DNA of 64,000 nt from Eledone cirrhosa (taxonomy: Eukaryota): contig OZ024743.1 of assembly GCA_964016885.1 (NCBI GenBank), positions 344,968,001 through 345,032,000 of the forward strand, given 5' to 3'. Shown one piece after another: positions 1 through 11,654 of this stretch. Every line of letters begins with the position of its first letter. Positions within the stretch are counted from its first letter, which is position 1. The position numbers were made by a program, and so were the translations under genes. Under the pieces are notes generated by a model. The model did not search any database, had not been told where the DNA came from, and saw only the letters and a list, made by a program, of their open reading frames with translations.

Positions 1-369
1 CACTGTTCGGGCGTAGCCGATCTGTGGGGCTATGTCGAACAACTGCTGTCAAGGGTGGGACCGATCCGGTTGACCACCGAGACTATTGTAATGATCAAGC
101 CGCCTCCCCCCTTCAAAGATGAAGCAGAGGTGGTGTTTCTGTGCGTAATAGCCATAGCGAAAGAGGTTGTATGGTGGACGCGTCTGAAAGGACTGAGGTC
201 AGGCACCTTTCTCTCTGGCCAACAACTGGTCCGTTTCTTCCGATATCATTTCGGAAGAAGGATCAGGATGGAGAGAGAGGTGCTGCACCCCAGCCGTTTT
301 TATGAAAGGTGGGTGAAAGTGGCGAGAATGGCCCGTGTGAATGGGCCTTCTCTTTACATAAGCCTGTAG
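1..369 (+). CDS. C-terminal part of LINE ORF2 (open from window start)
   Basis: Uninterrupted frame 1-369 homologous to the ORF2 C-terminus of the element at 57994-59931. Confidence 0.85.
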   Translation, partial: HCSGVADLWGYVEQLLSRVGPIRLTTETIVMIKPPPPFKDEAEVVFLCVIAIAKEVVWWTRLKGLRSGTFLSGQQLVRFFRYHFGRRIRMEREVLHPSRFYERWVKVARMARVNGPSLYISL

Positions 370-632
370 GTGGAAAAGAGGACGGAACGAGGGAGCACCC
401 CCTCTCTGTGCTCCTGAGGAAAAGGGTTGCACACTTTTTTCGGGGGTGTGTGCAACCCCCCAAGGCGCCTCCTCTCTATTGAGGATTTTGTTAAAAATTT
501 TATTTTTTGTTATATCTTATTTTATTTTTATATTTTGTTATTGCCTCCTCCTTATTGAGGACGCCTTTTTGTGTAAACTCCCCTCTTTGTACTTGTCCCA
601 CTTTTGATGCCCTAGTGGCAAATAAAAGAAAC
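1..632 (+). mobile_element. 3' end of Tx1/L1-clade LINE, family A (ORF2 C-terminus, 3' UTR, AATAAA at 621-626)
   Basis: Frame 1 from base 1 reads HCSGVADLWGYVEQLLSRV...WWTRLKGL...ERWVKVARMARVNGPSLYISL*, which aligns with the C-terminus of the RT ORF at 57994-59931 (CPCIADLWGYVEQLLSRV...WWTRLKGL...ERWVNVARMARVSGPTLIMRL*). It ends in AATAAA followed by (ATCT)n. Confidence 0.93.
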
Positions 633-633
633 A

Positions 634-696
<63 letters not shown>
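633..696 (+). repeat. (ATCT)n microsatellite forming the tail/target of Tx1 family A
   Basis: Tetranucleotide repeat starting 6 nt after AATAAA. Confidence 0.95.
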
Positions 697-697
<1 letters not shown>

Positions 698-1717
698 GAT
701 CTATTGATCGATCGATCTACTATTGACATACAAATGCACACACATCTATATATTTATTTTTCCATTTTTAGAGCATTGCTGATTTCTTTCAGGTATGGTA
801 AAATTAACTTAATTTGGTCATCATGCGTTCTGAAAAAGTAACAACATAATTGTGATTAATTATGAAATATATTGCTTATAATAAATCATAATGTGCATTT
901 TCATATCACAATACATATACAAATGATAGATATGTGACTGCCGATTAGTTGGTAATCCGTAATCGGCCAATACGCTTAGCGAGGTACAACGATTAACAAT
1001 ACTGGTGTATTAATATACCACTGATATATAAGTTCACCTTGCTTGGCAAAGTAAATCTTAAGCTCGTTGTGAATTGATAATCAACAGGTACGAAGGGTGT
1101 AGATAATCGGGAATCAATTCAATATGTACGTTCCAAACTGTATGGTTCTGGTTTTCACTGATCATATATATATTATCGCGTAGCAAGGAAAAATTACGAT
1201 CATTGTTTGACTGAAGTCCTTGAAATAGTCACATCGAAATTGCCTTGATTAACTCTAAAAATGAGATCATCCCGTCTTGTGATCATAAAATGTTTCGATT
1301 GTTCGACATTCGATCTGAGTTAATTGCAATGCCCTCTCCTAGTCTCGGCTTTAATTCTGATCTCTGTAAAAGCCCCACGCCTAACTGTTATGTTCGTTTG
1401 TCGTATACATTATGATTCCTTGCTTCTTTGGTCCCATTAAATAGACATTATTTTTATCTTTATTCTATATTTTTCATCTTCCTTTTTTTGTCTTTAGTTT
1501 TATATTTCTTTTAGTAACCTTAATCTGTTTAATCACTGTTCATTAATGTAATCCACTGGGTAATTGCTGGCCTTGTGCCTAAAGTAGAAACAATTAATTA
1601 GATTCTAAGTGGAGTCAACTTCCTTTAATATGTGGTCGTGGCTAGTTCATCATGACATTTAAACTAATATGCGCAACTGAAGGTAATGTCCTGTTAATTT
1701 TAATTTAATTTTATAGT

Positions 1718-1790
1718 ACCTGATGAACTCGTTTTCAGGAACGTATTGCACGTTCGTATGTAACCTTGCGAAACATGTTGGTCAAATAAA
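1718..1790 (+). ncRNA. Degenerate PLE-type hammerhead-like motif
   Basis: acc-TGATGA...GAAA-CATG-TT-ggt followed by AATAAA. Palindromic helix III (CATG), no separate C3, poor helix II. Confidence 0.4.
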
Positions 1791-2612
1791 TGTCTGACGC
1801 GTTAAGAATACCACTAATCCACTACCCTCAATTAGTACTTTATTTTATTGGACCTGAATGCCAAAATATATCTTCGAGGTATTTGAATGCAGAGTGCATA
1901 CACTCGGAACGAATACCACAATATATTGTGTCCAATGCATTTACCAGTGTAAACTCAGCCGAAGAAGAAGATGAATTTACAACTCTTCAGCTCAAATCCC
2001 GCCGAGGTCATTCTTCTGTGTAAAGTACCCATTAAATTGCTTCGATATAATTCACTATCAACTAACTCACACATTTTTATTCTTGTCTCTATGTTGGAGG
2101 GGCATCGAATAGACAGAGTGGTTAAGGCATCATAATTTGTTTCGGCTCAGTGCACTCTCAGATCAAATCCCACTGCGATCACATATCCTTTTTATCAAGA
2201 TCGATACTAAAATATCAGACCATTACTGTGGTAGATTCTTTCATTCTCTTTCCTTCTTTCACTCCGTTTCTGTTACTGGAATAAATCAGTTGTGCTCTGA
2301 ACTGAAGAGGTGAGCGTCCCGCCAGGTTTAAAATGTCCGAAACATGCCTTTTGCTATTCTGGTAGGAGGTAACCCCCTTTACACTTTAACTTAGAAATTA
2401 TTGTAATTACGAACTATTTAGGTAACTTCTCAACTGTCATTTTATCCCTTAAAAATAGCAGTGAATTTCCCCCAAATCTCACCCGGCCAGGTAAATGAAC
2501 ATACTGATAATGTAAACCTTGATAAACTATGTTTGAAAAAACAAAACGGAGATAGACGGCTGGAACATCATTTGTAAAACCTGAGGATAAAACAGCTAAT
2601 ATTATTATATAA

Positions 2613-2790
2613 TTGGCAGTATTGGTAGAGGGTCAGACATGCTTTCCAGCATAGTTACGTCCCTTTACGGTTCTGAGTTCAAATCCCGCCGAGGTTAAAT
2701 TTCCCTTTTATCCTTACGGGGACGATAAAATAAAGTACCAGTAATACACTGGGTAATTGCTGGCATTGTGCCAAAAGTAGAAACACTTAT
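2613..2790 (+). mobile_element. tRNA-derived SINE family A with 14-bp TSD
   Basis: A-box-like TGGCAGTATTGG, B-box GTTCAAATCC, tail TGGCATTGTGCCAAAAGTAGAAAC. TSD TTATTATATAATTG at 2602-2615 and 2787-2800. Confidence 0.88.
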
Positions 2791-3425
2791 TATATAATTG
2801 TCATGCTAGGTTCTCCCACTTGTCTATTCTCATATCTCCCCATATGATGATGGTGATCATCATTTTCATTATTCTCTCCATCACGTTTCTTCTTCTTCTT
2901 CTTCTTCTTCTTCTTCTTCAACTGCTAATACTTCTACCACCATCAACACCACTGCCACTACCCCGTCCAACACCCCTCACCACCACCACCACCATCACAA
3001 AACAACCATAATCATCATCAACACTCATCACATATTTCTACCATATTTCTAACAACCTCTCTCTTTTTCCGTACCCTCGTCCACTTATTACTACCAATAA
3101 TAGTTAATTAACTATAAAGCAGTCGTCACTGTTTATGATATATACTGAATGAACACAGTCAACATTACTGACAAACGTTTCAAATTGATCTCATTAAGGA
3201 TTCTAGTTTTTTCTTCCCTTTCTTTCACTCTCTTTCTCATCCTTTTTATCCACCTTTATTTATTTACTGGTTTCAGTCATAAGACTGCGCCCAACTTAGG
3301 GCATCCCTTGATTTAGTTCGCCATATCAAGCCCAATACTTATTTTCAATAAGTATTTATTTTATTGATGCCTTTTCTGTCGACGCAATAAGGCACGGGAT
3401 ATAAACGGTAACGCACACACAAACA

Positions 3426-3456
<31 letters not shown>

Positions 3457-3484
3457 GCGCGCAGTAACACACACACAAACCCAC

Positions 3485-3519
<35 letters not shown>

Positions 3520-3656
3520 AAAGTTAGTCCATAGAATCATTAGATAAAATATATACAGTATTTCTTCTCCCAATCAGCATAATCAACCACACAAAAAATC
3601 AATTAAACGAGGCTATAAATTTAAAATGTACTTATGAAGAAACAATATGTAAACCG

Positions 3657-3704
<48 letters not shown>

Positions 3705-3707
<3 letters not shown>

Positions 3708-3845
3708 GAAGGAAATGTGGTAAGGAACCAGGTGGTCCATAACGCACCAAAGTACTCAATACTTGAGGTAGTAGAGTGGGTAATAGGAACCAGTAAGACC
3801 CCGACAGCTGAGCTCAAGCCGTTTCGACGGCTAATTCTGGACTGT
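3705..3845 (-). mobile_element. PLE-like pLTR fragment (family H7) between (TA)n tracts
   Basis: Near-identical to 52449-52627 and related to 20610-20835. Contains a hammerhead 3' half, GAAAC-GGC-ttgagctca-GCT-GTC. Confidence 0.7.
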
Positions 3846-3849
3846 ATAT

Positions 3850-3944
<95 letters not shown>

Positions 3945-4064
3945 TATCAAGATAAGCAGAACAAGTAAAATTCAACCAATTTTTCAAAATAAATCAAAAT
4001 TAATATACAATTAAAATTAATGAAAATTAAAAAAATATAATATAAATATTTACCTATTCAAATG

Positions 4065-4145
4065 GCCCTAACTGTACAGTTTCGCGTTGCAAAACATTAG
4101 ATATCACGTGGATATTAATGGAAAAGCAAAGATCATCAGAGAAGC
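4065..4145 (-). ncRNA. Type I hammerhead ribozyme (H1 copy 1)
   Basis: ttct-CTGATGA-t-ctttgc...gcaacg-c-GAAA-CTGTACAG-TT/aggg; helix III is a perfect palindrome. Confidence 0.7.
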
Positions 4146-4589
4146 ATTTTCCTATCCTAGGGTTAAAAACCCCAGGAACGATAAAATATATGACCTCACT
4201 CCAACTAATACAGGTCTGAAAGGTCGTGAAAGTGACCCATAAATACGTTGGTGTATAGTGAAGGCGGGAAATCGTAGACTGGTCGTCTATGTTCGCTACC
4301 AAAAAAGATTTTTAGCAACTAAATAGAACGACAGGATTTTTCTCTACATACTTGGAGAATATTGAATAAGGTTAATATATGTCTGAGGGTACAATGTACC
4401 CCCGGAAATATATAGTGTGTCTATGATTTAAGGTGGTTCTATGGTAATAATTTGATATACCAGAACTTAATATCAAGATAAGCAGAACAAGTAAAATTCA
4501 ACCAATTTTTCAAAATAAATCAAAATTAATATACAATTAAAATTAATCAAAATTAAAAAATATAATATAAATATTTACCTATTCAAATG

Positions 4590-4670
4590 GCCCTAACTGT
4601 ACAGTTTCGCGTTGCAAAACATTAAATATCACGTTGATATTAATGGAAAAGCAAAGATCATCAGAGAAGC
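4590..4670 (-). ncRNA. Type I hammerhead ribozyme (H1 copy 2)
   Basis: Same core, one repeat unit (525 nt) away from copy 1. Confidence 0.7.
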
Positions 4671-4854
4671 ATTTTCCTATCCTAGGTTTAAAAACCCCAG
4701 GAACGATAAAATATATGACCTCACTCCAACTAATACAGGTCTGAAAGGTCGTGAAAGTTTAAATCATAGACACACTATATATTTCCGGGGGGGTACATTG
4801 TACCCTCAGACATATATTAACCTTATTCTATATATAAATATATATATATATATA

Positions 4855-5180
4855 AGATATTAACAAATGGAAACTATATTTATAAAACCATATTTATTTC
4901 ATTATACATATTTCAAGGATACCAAGTTAAACCATGGTATGCCTTCATCAGACAAAATACAATATATACCAGTTTTATAAATAAACATTGACGTACCCTT
5001 TCAAAATGCGACCGTTACTTTTGGAAGATCTCAGGATAGTGGTTTGTTTATTTTAGTAAGTTGTAGTGTTAAGGATAAGTAAAAAAGACGGAGAGAGAGA
5101 GAGAAACGTGGAGAAAAGAAAGGGAGAGATAAATAAAGAAAAAGAGGGAAGAAAAAAGAAAAAGGAAAAAAGAAAAGAAG
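4855..5180 (-). mobile_element. PLE-like pLTR fragment (family H4)
   Basis: Reverse complement of ~48690-49020; contains a hammerhead motif. Confidence 0.75.
4896..4958 (-). ncRNA. Type I hammerhead ribozyme (H4)
   Basis: attttgt-CTGATGA-aggcatacca...tggtatcctt-GAAA-TATGTA-TA/atgaaat. Confidence 0.65.
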
Positions 5181-5196
5181 AAACCTGTCGTATGTA

Positions 5197-5230
<34 letters not shown>

Positions 5231-5322
5231 TACATACGACAGGTTTCTTTAGTTTCCACCTACGAAATTTCACTCACAAAGTATTAGTCGATGCTGACAC
5301 ATGATGTTAGACGCATATTATT

Positions 5323-5620
5323 GGTGAAGGCGCATGGCTTAGGGGTTAGAGCATTAAGCTTGCAATTAAATGGTTGTCTCCTTGCGCGAGATACTTTATT
5401 TCACGTTTAGTCAGCTGTAGAAATGATTTGCGACGTCACTGGTGCCAAGGTGTATCGGCCATAGCCTTTCCCTTGGACATCATCGGTGGCGTGAAGAGAT
5501 GAGGTTGGTATGCATGGGCGACTGCTGGTCTTCTTCAAATAACCTTGTCCGGACTTGTGCCTCGGAGGGAAACTTTCTAGGTGCAAATCACATGGACATT
5601 CTTGACCGAAGGAGGTCTTC
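5323..5620 (+). mobile_element. tRNA-derived SINE family B (internally deleted)
   Basis: GGTGAAGGCGCATGGCTTAGGGGTTAG tRNA-like head and core CCTTG...ACTTTATTTCACGTT shared with 9003-9130 and 41193-41460. Confidence 0.7.
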
Positions 5621-5639
5621 GATTGGTGAGTGCGTTAAC

Positions 5640-6330
5640 GGACGTCTTGTTTTACGATGAAGTCATCCTACCTGATACCAAGGCATTTTCTGTAGGCATT
5701 TTGTGCCAAAAGCATCTAATTGGTTTACTTGACTGGTCTTCCGACTCCACGTTTAGCACCCACAAAGGAGCGTTGAAAGGACATTGTTGTAAAATCTCAT
5801 CTTGGTACCAAGCAAAAAAATGTTTGCTTCTCCAGATCTTGATGAGTTGCTGAAAGGTAGCCTAAGCTTTGCCTGTTCTGCAAATAATTTCTTTCATCAT
5901 GTCCATCCCAACTCTACTTACAGAGTGTTACGAAGTAAGTGATGCAGGTGTTTGTTGGTGATGAATATATACCAATTAGCATGCTGTTGATCTTTTGTCA
6001 CTGATGTGGTGACCGATGCAGTCTTCAGATAATCTATCTCATTTATCAGATACGGCAAGTCGGATGTATTTTTGACGGCCATAACCGCAATATTGTTTGT
6101 AAAGTCAAAGTTGCCCATTGTATAGAAATGGAAGTATCTATTCCCATTGTCAGAAGGACCCAATACATGCTCAAAACTTTTACTACTTTCTCCATTCTGG
6201 GCATTCATATCTCCCATGTTGACGGCAATATCACGACGGGGTATCATGTTGACTGCATCGTAAAGTTGTCTTGCTCATGTTCATTTCAGGAGCGCAGCAC
6301 TGCATTATGCTGACTTTAGGGTGTGAGGTA
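5640..6330 (-). pseudogene. Degenerate RTE-clade LINE (AP-endonuclease and RT C-terminal fragments)
   Basis: IPRRDIAVNMGDMNAQ (APE GD.NA motif) and KIWRSK..LGTKMRFYNNVLSTLLCGC*TW..LDAF..KCL, with stops and frameshifts. Confidence 0.75.
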
Positions 6331-6594
6331 ACAAATCTTGACGTGAAAAGTTGTTCGTCTATTGGTGTAATTAGAGCGTTTCCTCCACACCATTGCACCT
6401 GTACTTAAAAAAAAATCAACCTGTGTCACGCTAATTAGGCTTGGAAATTATTTTACTGGTGCATGTGTCTCTGAAATACTTAACTAATTACATGGTAATC
6501 CAACGATTCGATCGTTCAATTGATCAAATAATACCGAAACCGACGGAAGATTCATCAGAATACTAATCCATGAATGTGTCTTTCTGTGACTTCC

Positions 6595-6845
6595 ATCCAC
6601 CACCAGCAACACCAGCAACAGCAGCAGCAACAGCAGCAGCAGCACCACCACCACCACCACTTCCACCACCACCACCACCACCACCATCAACATCACCACC
6701 ACCATTAGCACCACCACTACCACCACCGCCACTACCACCACCACCGCCATCACCACAACCACTACCACCACTACAACCACCACCACCATCACCACCACCA
6801 CTACCACCACCACCACCACAAACACCAGCACCACAACCCACCCCA
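6595..6845 (+). repeat. (CCA/CAG)n trinucleotide low-complexity tract
   Basis: Degenerate CCA/GCA repeats. Confidence 0.9.
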
Positions 6846-7034
6846 TACGCTCAGTTAATCAGCATGTCTATATTTTTACTTTATTCCCAATGTCCACTCT
6901 GACACCTCACGGACCTTACACCTGATTCACGATTGTCCAATATCGTTGTCCGAGATTCTCACTTATCGACGTACAGATTACATCCTAAAGATTTGGAATC
7001 CTCCTCCGTCTTTCAGTTATTTATTTATTTGCTC

Positions 7035-7294
<260 letters not shown>

Positions 7295-9002
7295 TATGCT
7301 TTTTGTTATTTTTATTTTTCCCTTTTCCATACCAACAAAATGTGCATTCGCCATTTATATCACATTCCTCTCATTACTTAGGTTATCCACATAATCTTTT
7401 TCCTTTTTAACATTTTTAACATTGTTTTTCTATATTTTCTTTATAAGTACACGTCTATCTATCTCTGTAACTCTTCGTTTCTCTTACACTTTCTTTTTAT
7501 GTTTGTGTCTGTGTGTGTGATTTATGTGTATACATATCTATATATAAGTCTGTATAAGACGAGATATCCCAACAATATCAATACCAACAAACATATTCAC
7601 ACACATACACTCACATACACAGACATATCCAAGCACCCATAGATACTCACACATGCATAGAAAAAGTCATTTGCAGAATGACAAAGAACAGGAGACAAGT
7701 AGAAAAGACATAATGGATATAGTCGAGGAAAATGTACTGATGTAGTATAATATAGAAAAAGTTGGTGGAAAGATGTCGATGTCTCATATACACATACAAA
7801 TGTTGAACCTTTTTATTTATCCCTTGACATTTCAGAACTTACAAGACTAGTGTAAATGAGAGAGGAATATATCTCAAACCAGGAACTGGCTCGAATTCTC
7901 GTAACAGTATGCGCCGTCAAAGGCATTCATGGCCCCATGGTTGTGTTAGACTGGGCGGCAAATTAAGTCTTCCATCCAAGTAAAATATGACAGGATTTAA
8001 ACTCAGGTTTCAAAGAGCCGAAACAAATATGCAAGGTTTATTGTCCAACATTCTAGCCACTCTGATTATGCAGTGTCATAGTGTAGAATAACTGGTGGTA
8101 ATGGTGGGAATGCCTCTGTTATTGGGGTCTCTCAGACATCCATTTCTAGAAATAAACAATATACAAGACATGAACCTACAACACAGCAACCACTGCAGCA
8201 ACTACCACCCCATATCCAACATAGGGTATGGACAATTTTTGTCCATACCCTATGACTCCAAAAAAATGGTATCACCAGCATTACCACATTAGCATCACTG
8301 TTATAACAAACACCACAAAAATTCTACCGCAACCGCAATCAAGCACGTCTGACCATCTTTAGCCCATAAGAGAATCTCTAAGCCTCGCTCAACTTCCAAG
8401 AAACAGCAACCACATGTCTTTCAAATCACAGCTAACTACAACAAGAAATAAAGTACACCTTGGCGAATGTAGTCCTAGATGGAGTTTGTAAGAATCTAAC
8501 CAAAACAAAACAACACGGTAACTTTTGAGATGATTTGAGTAATATGTCGGGTTAATTAGAGTTGACCTGGATGTAAACAAAACAACAACATAATTAACAA
8601 TAGCTCATGAAATATCGAACAACTATATATTACCATCATTATCAGGATCATTAGCAATCCTAACACAACCTACATCACCACATACACCATAGTCATTTAC
8701 AATACTACCTACACCCAAATCCCTAACGCTACCACCTACTGACATCGACATCGGCTTACCACTGGAAATTAACGCTACCAGCAACTAACACTATTATAAC
8801 TGTAACAAGAAGACAAAGTCGCTACATAAGGAGTGTCTCAGGAATTTTACACCTGGTGGAGTCATAATTATCCAGTTCTGAACAGAGCTGATCTCTTCCA
8901 AAGAAATGTGTAATGTGGAAGTGAGAGAGAAGTAAGAATGAGAATACAGAGGAAGAATCGACTCCCGTTCTCAAATGGTGATTTAACGTGTGTATTATGT
9001 AT

Positions 9003-9130
9003 GGTGAAGGCGTGTGGCTGAGTGGTTAAATTATTAGATTCGCAATCGGACGGTTGTGAATTCGATTCCTGGACTGGGCGATGCGTTATGTCCTTGAGCA
9101 AGACACTTTATTTCACGTTGTTCCTTCTAC
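9003..9130 (+). mobile_element. tRNA-derived SINE family B 5' part
   Basis: A box TGGCTGAGTGG, B box GAATTCGATTCC, then TCCTTGAGCAAGACACTTTATTTCACGTTG core. Confidence 0.75.
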
Positions 9131-9344
9131 CTGGAGTTGCGACCGATAGATAGTATTAGCAATTGGAAAGATCAATGGAAACATTGTTTCCTCGATCGAC
9201 TGTCGATATATATATATATATATAAAAGATATATCTGATATATGCATAGTTTTATTGTTCTACAATATTACTCACCTTCTACACACATATATATATATAT
9301 ATATATATGAAGAGAGAGCGTGAGAGAAATATGCTGAGACAACT

Positions 9345-9660
9345 GAGTGGGATCCCTATCGGTTCGAATGATGAATGCTCCAATTTTTTTGAACAACGGA
9401 TCAAGCTCTTCGTAAAATTAACGTTCACGAATTGGTAGCATTCCACAGACACGTGTACTTTTTAACGTGGTTCACATAGAGATTCAATGTGACACATTGT
9501 GACGAGGCAGGCCCTCTAAATTACGGGTACAATTCATTTTTTAGAGCTGTAGCAACATGAAATGAAAATAAAATGTTTTGCTGAAGGAAGTGATACATCG
9601 CTATGTATCGAACTCATGACTTTACGAACGTGAGTCGAACAGTGTAACCAATAAGCAAGA
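9345..9660 (-). mobile_element. Diverged tRNA-derived SINE (family B type)
   Basis: Reverse-strand tRNA-like head (GAGTTCGATAC) plus ACATTTTATTTTCATTTCATGTTGCT core. Confidence 0.55.
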
Positions 9661-10132
9661 ACTACAATACAAACAAAACGAACAAAATTAAAACACACAC
9701 GCAAACACACACTCACACACACGCAAACAATCACTCACACACACAAAAATAAAGAAAATATAAAATAAAAAATTCTTGTAAGTCCCCTCCAGATCAAATC
9801 TCTTCTCTGGTTTCACTGTTAATATGTAGGAATCCAAACAAAACAGTGACCGTGTGTATATAGAACACTGGAGAGGATAATAACGGTAAAGCTGTAGAGG
9901 TGGTATTGTTAATGGTTGTAGTAGTGGTGGAGAGTGGTGAAAGATAAGGTGGTAGGATGTAGTGGCTGGTGGTTGATAGCTGTTTGTAGGTTGTGGGGAA
10001 ACAATAAGCCAAATGACATTCTCGCTGCTTCTCCTAGGACATACACACATCTCGCAACTAAACACAACTTTAAATTAGGACTGTCACATTACGATATATA
10101 TATATATACATATATATATATACAGAGAGAGA

Positions 10133-10184
<52 letters not shown>

Positions 10185-10358
10185 TATATGTGCATATGCA
10201 CGTATATATATATACGTATCATACATGTATGAATACAAACATACATAGGTATACATTACATTATGTGCATTTGAAGTACGGTAGAATGATGGTAAACACA
10301 CACAGTCAGCCAAACACAAACACACACACATATACACCCACATATATATTCACACGTA

Positions 10359-10429
<71 letters not shown>

Positions 10430-10922
10430 GCACACAAACACACACCCATATCTGCATTACCCACATTCATACATGTTAATTATGTACATACACACATACT
10501 GACCACGACTTTATTTCACATACAAACGAGCCGAGGAACGTATTTTGATGGGGATATCCATGTATGGCTTCAGCCATTGACCATCGGAAATCGAATTCTA
10601 CAAGCGTTCCCTTAGTCTATTAGGTTTATCAGTTCCATTATTCCAATCCTATCAACATTACTTGTTTTCCTATTATTTGTAATGCACTTCCACTTTTGGC
10701 CTTTTCAGAAGGATTTTAGCTGTTCTGCTTTGAAGCAGTTTTTATCGAGCAAGGGTCCTTGTCACTTTACGACAATTGCAATTTTTCTTCGGCTTGTATG
10801 TGTATCTTTGAAACATAAATACGTATATGGTTATTTGTACACTTTAAATATATTCTTATATACATATTCCTATATACAGATACATATATACGTATATGAT
10901 ATATACACATAATCATTTCTTA

Positions 10923-11005
10923 ATGTATGTATGTATGTATGTATGTATGTATGTATGTATGTATGTATGTATGTATGTATGTATGTATGTATGTATGTAT
11001 GTATG
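10923..11005 (+). repeat. (ATGT)n microsatellite
   Basis: Perfect tetranucleotide array upstream of the RTE-derived element. Confidence 0.95.
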
Positions 11006-11035
11006 CATGTATTATGTCATGTATTATGTATTATT

Positions 11036-11647
11036 TCAGGTGACCAGTTGGTGCTACTGGTAACATGTATTCCAGTACAACCTGTCCCATGGTCGGGTCG
11101 TTGGCGACTAAACTGGCAACCCTGGCAAGGTTTCTTGGTGAGGAGGGTGACTTTGGACATCCTGCAGGACTAAAAACAAAACTTGTCAAAGGGCAAAGGA
11201 ACTCTTAAGAGTCAATGGCCATCCAAAATCACCGGGAGAGATGACCCCTTAGCCTTTGTCAAGGCAGAATTCTAGGAGAAGGAAAACCCTGATATAACAC
11301 CTGCAACCCTGATGGTATCCAATGATGTTGACTTGTTCTTCTTTTTGGTAAATATCATCTTGGTTAAGAGAGTGGGGCGGGATTTGTGCAGTGCCTTTGT
11401 TCACTATAAAAGCTTCACGGCACAGCCATTGCTTTATATCGGGAGATCTCTCTGCACTTGTCGTCACATGGTACCATGGGCCCAGTACTGTGTCAATAAT
11501 TGTCACAAGTGTAGTGTTTGTACCAGAGTTTTCAAGTCGCTGGCTGGACTAAAAAGTCACACTCGTTCAGCGCATCGGTAGAGGTTCTCCTACATGGATA
11601 TAAAGTAGTGGCCGTACTCGAAAACGAGTTGGCAGCCGCCATGTATG
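11036..11647 (+). mobile_element. ~610-bp non-autonomous RTE-derived element, copy 1
   Basis: Six copies in the window. The 3' end encodes a C2H2 finger HKCSVCTRVFKSLAGLKSHTRSAHR*, followed by the hairpin CTCG-AAAA-CGAG and an ATGT tail, as expected for an RTE 3' end. Confidence 0.8.
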
Positions 11648-11654
11648 CATGCGT

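Larger units (their letters stand above)
3942..4830 (-). mobile_element. ORF-less PLE-derived tandem element (family H1): ~1.55 units of 525 bp plus inverted 5' piece
   Basis: Direct repeat with period 525 bp. 4758-4830 is the reverse complement of ~4364-4432. Flanked by (TA)n; homolog at 43999-44835. Confidence 0.85.

Noticed and set aside
6484-6902. Poly-Pro (formin/extensin-like), poly-Gly and poly-Val ORFs
   Set aside because: Translations of a (CCA)n tract, open in several frames on both strands, with no flanking domain.
9003-9080. tRNA gene (also the SINE A heads)
   Set aside because: A/B boxes are present, but the cloverleaf is broken and followed by SINE core sequence.
11088-11155. 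Twister ribozyme (ACCTG-TCCCATGGT-CGGGT ... GAGGG)
   Set aside because: No correctly placed UAA/P1/P2, and TCCC is TCTC in two other copies.
11312-11581. Small host C2H2 zinc-finger gene
   Set aside because: It is part of a dispersed repeat, and the frame is broken in other copies.
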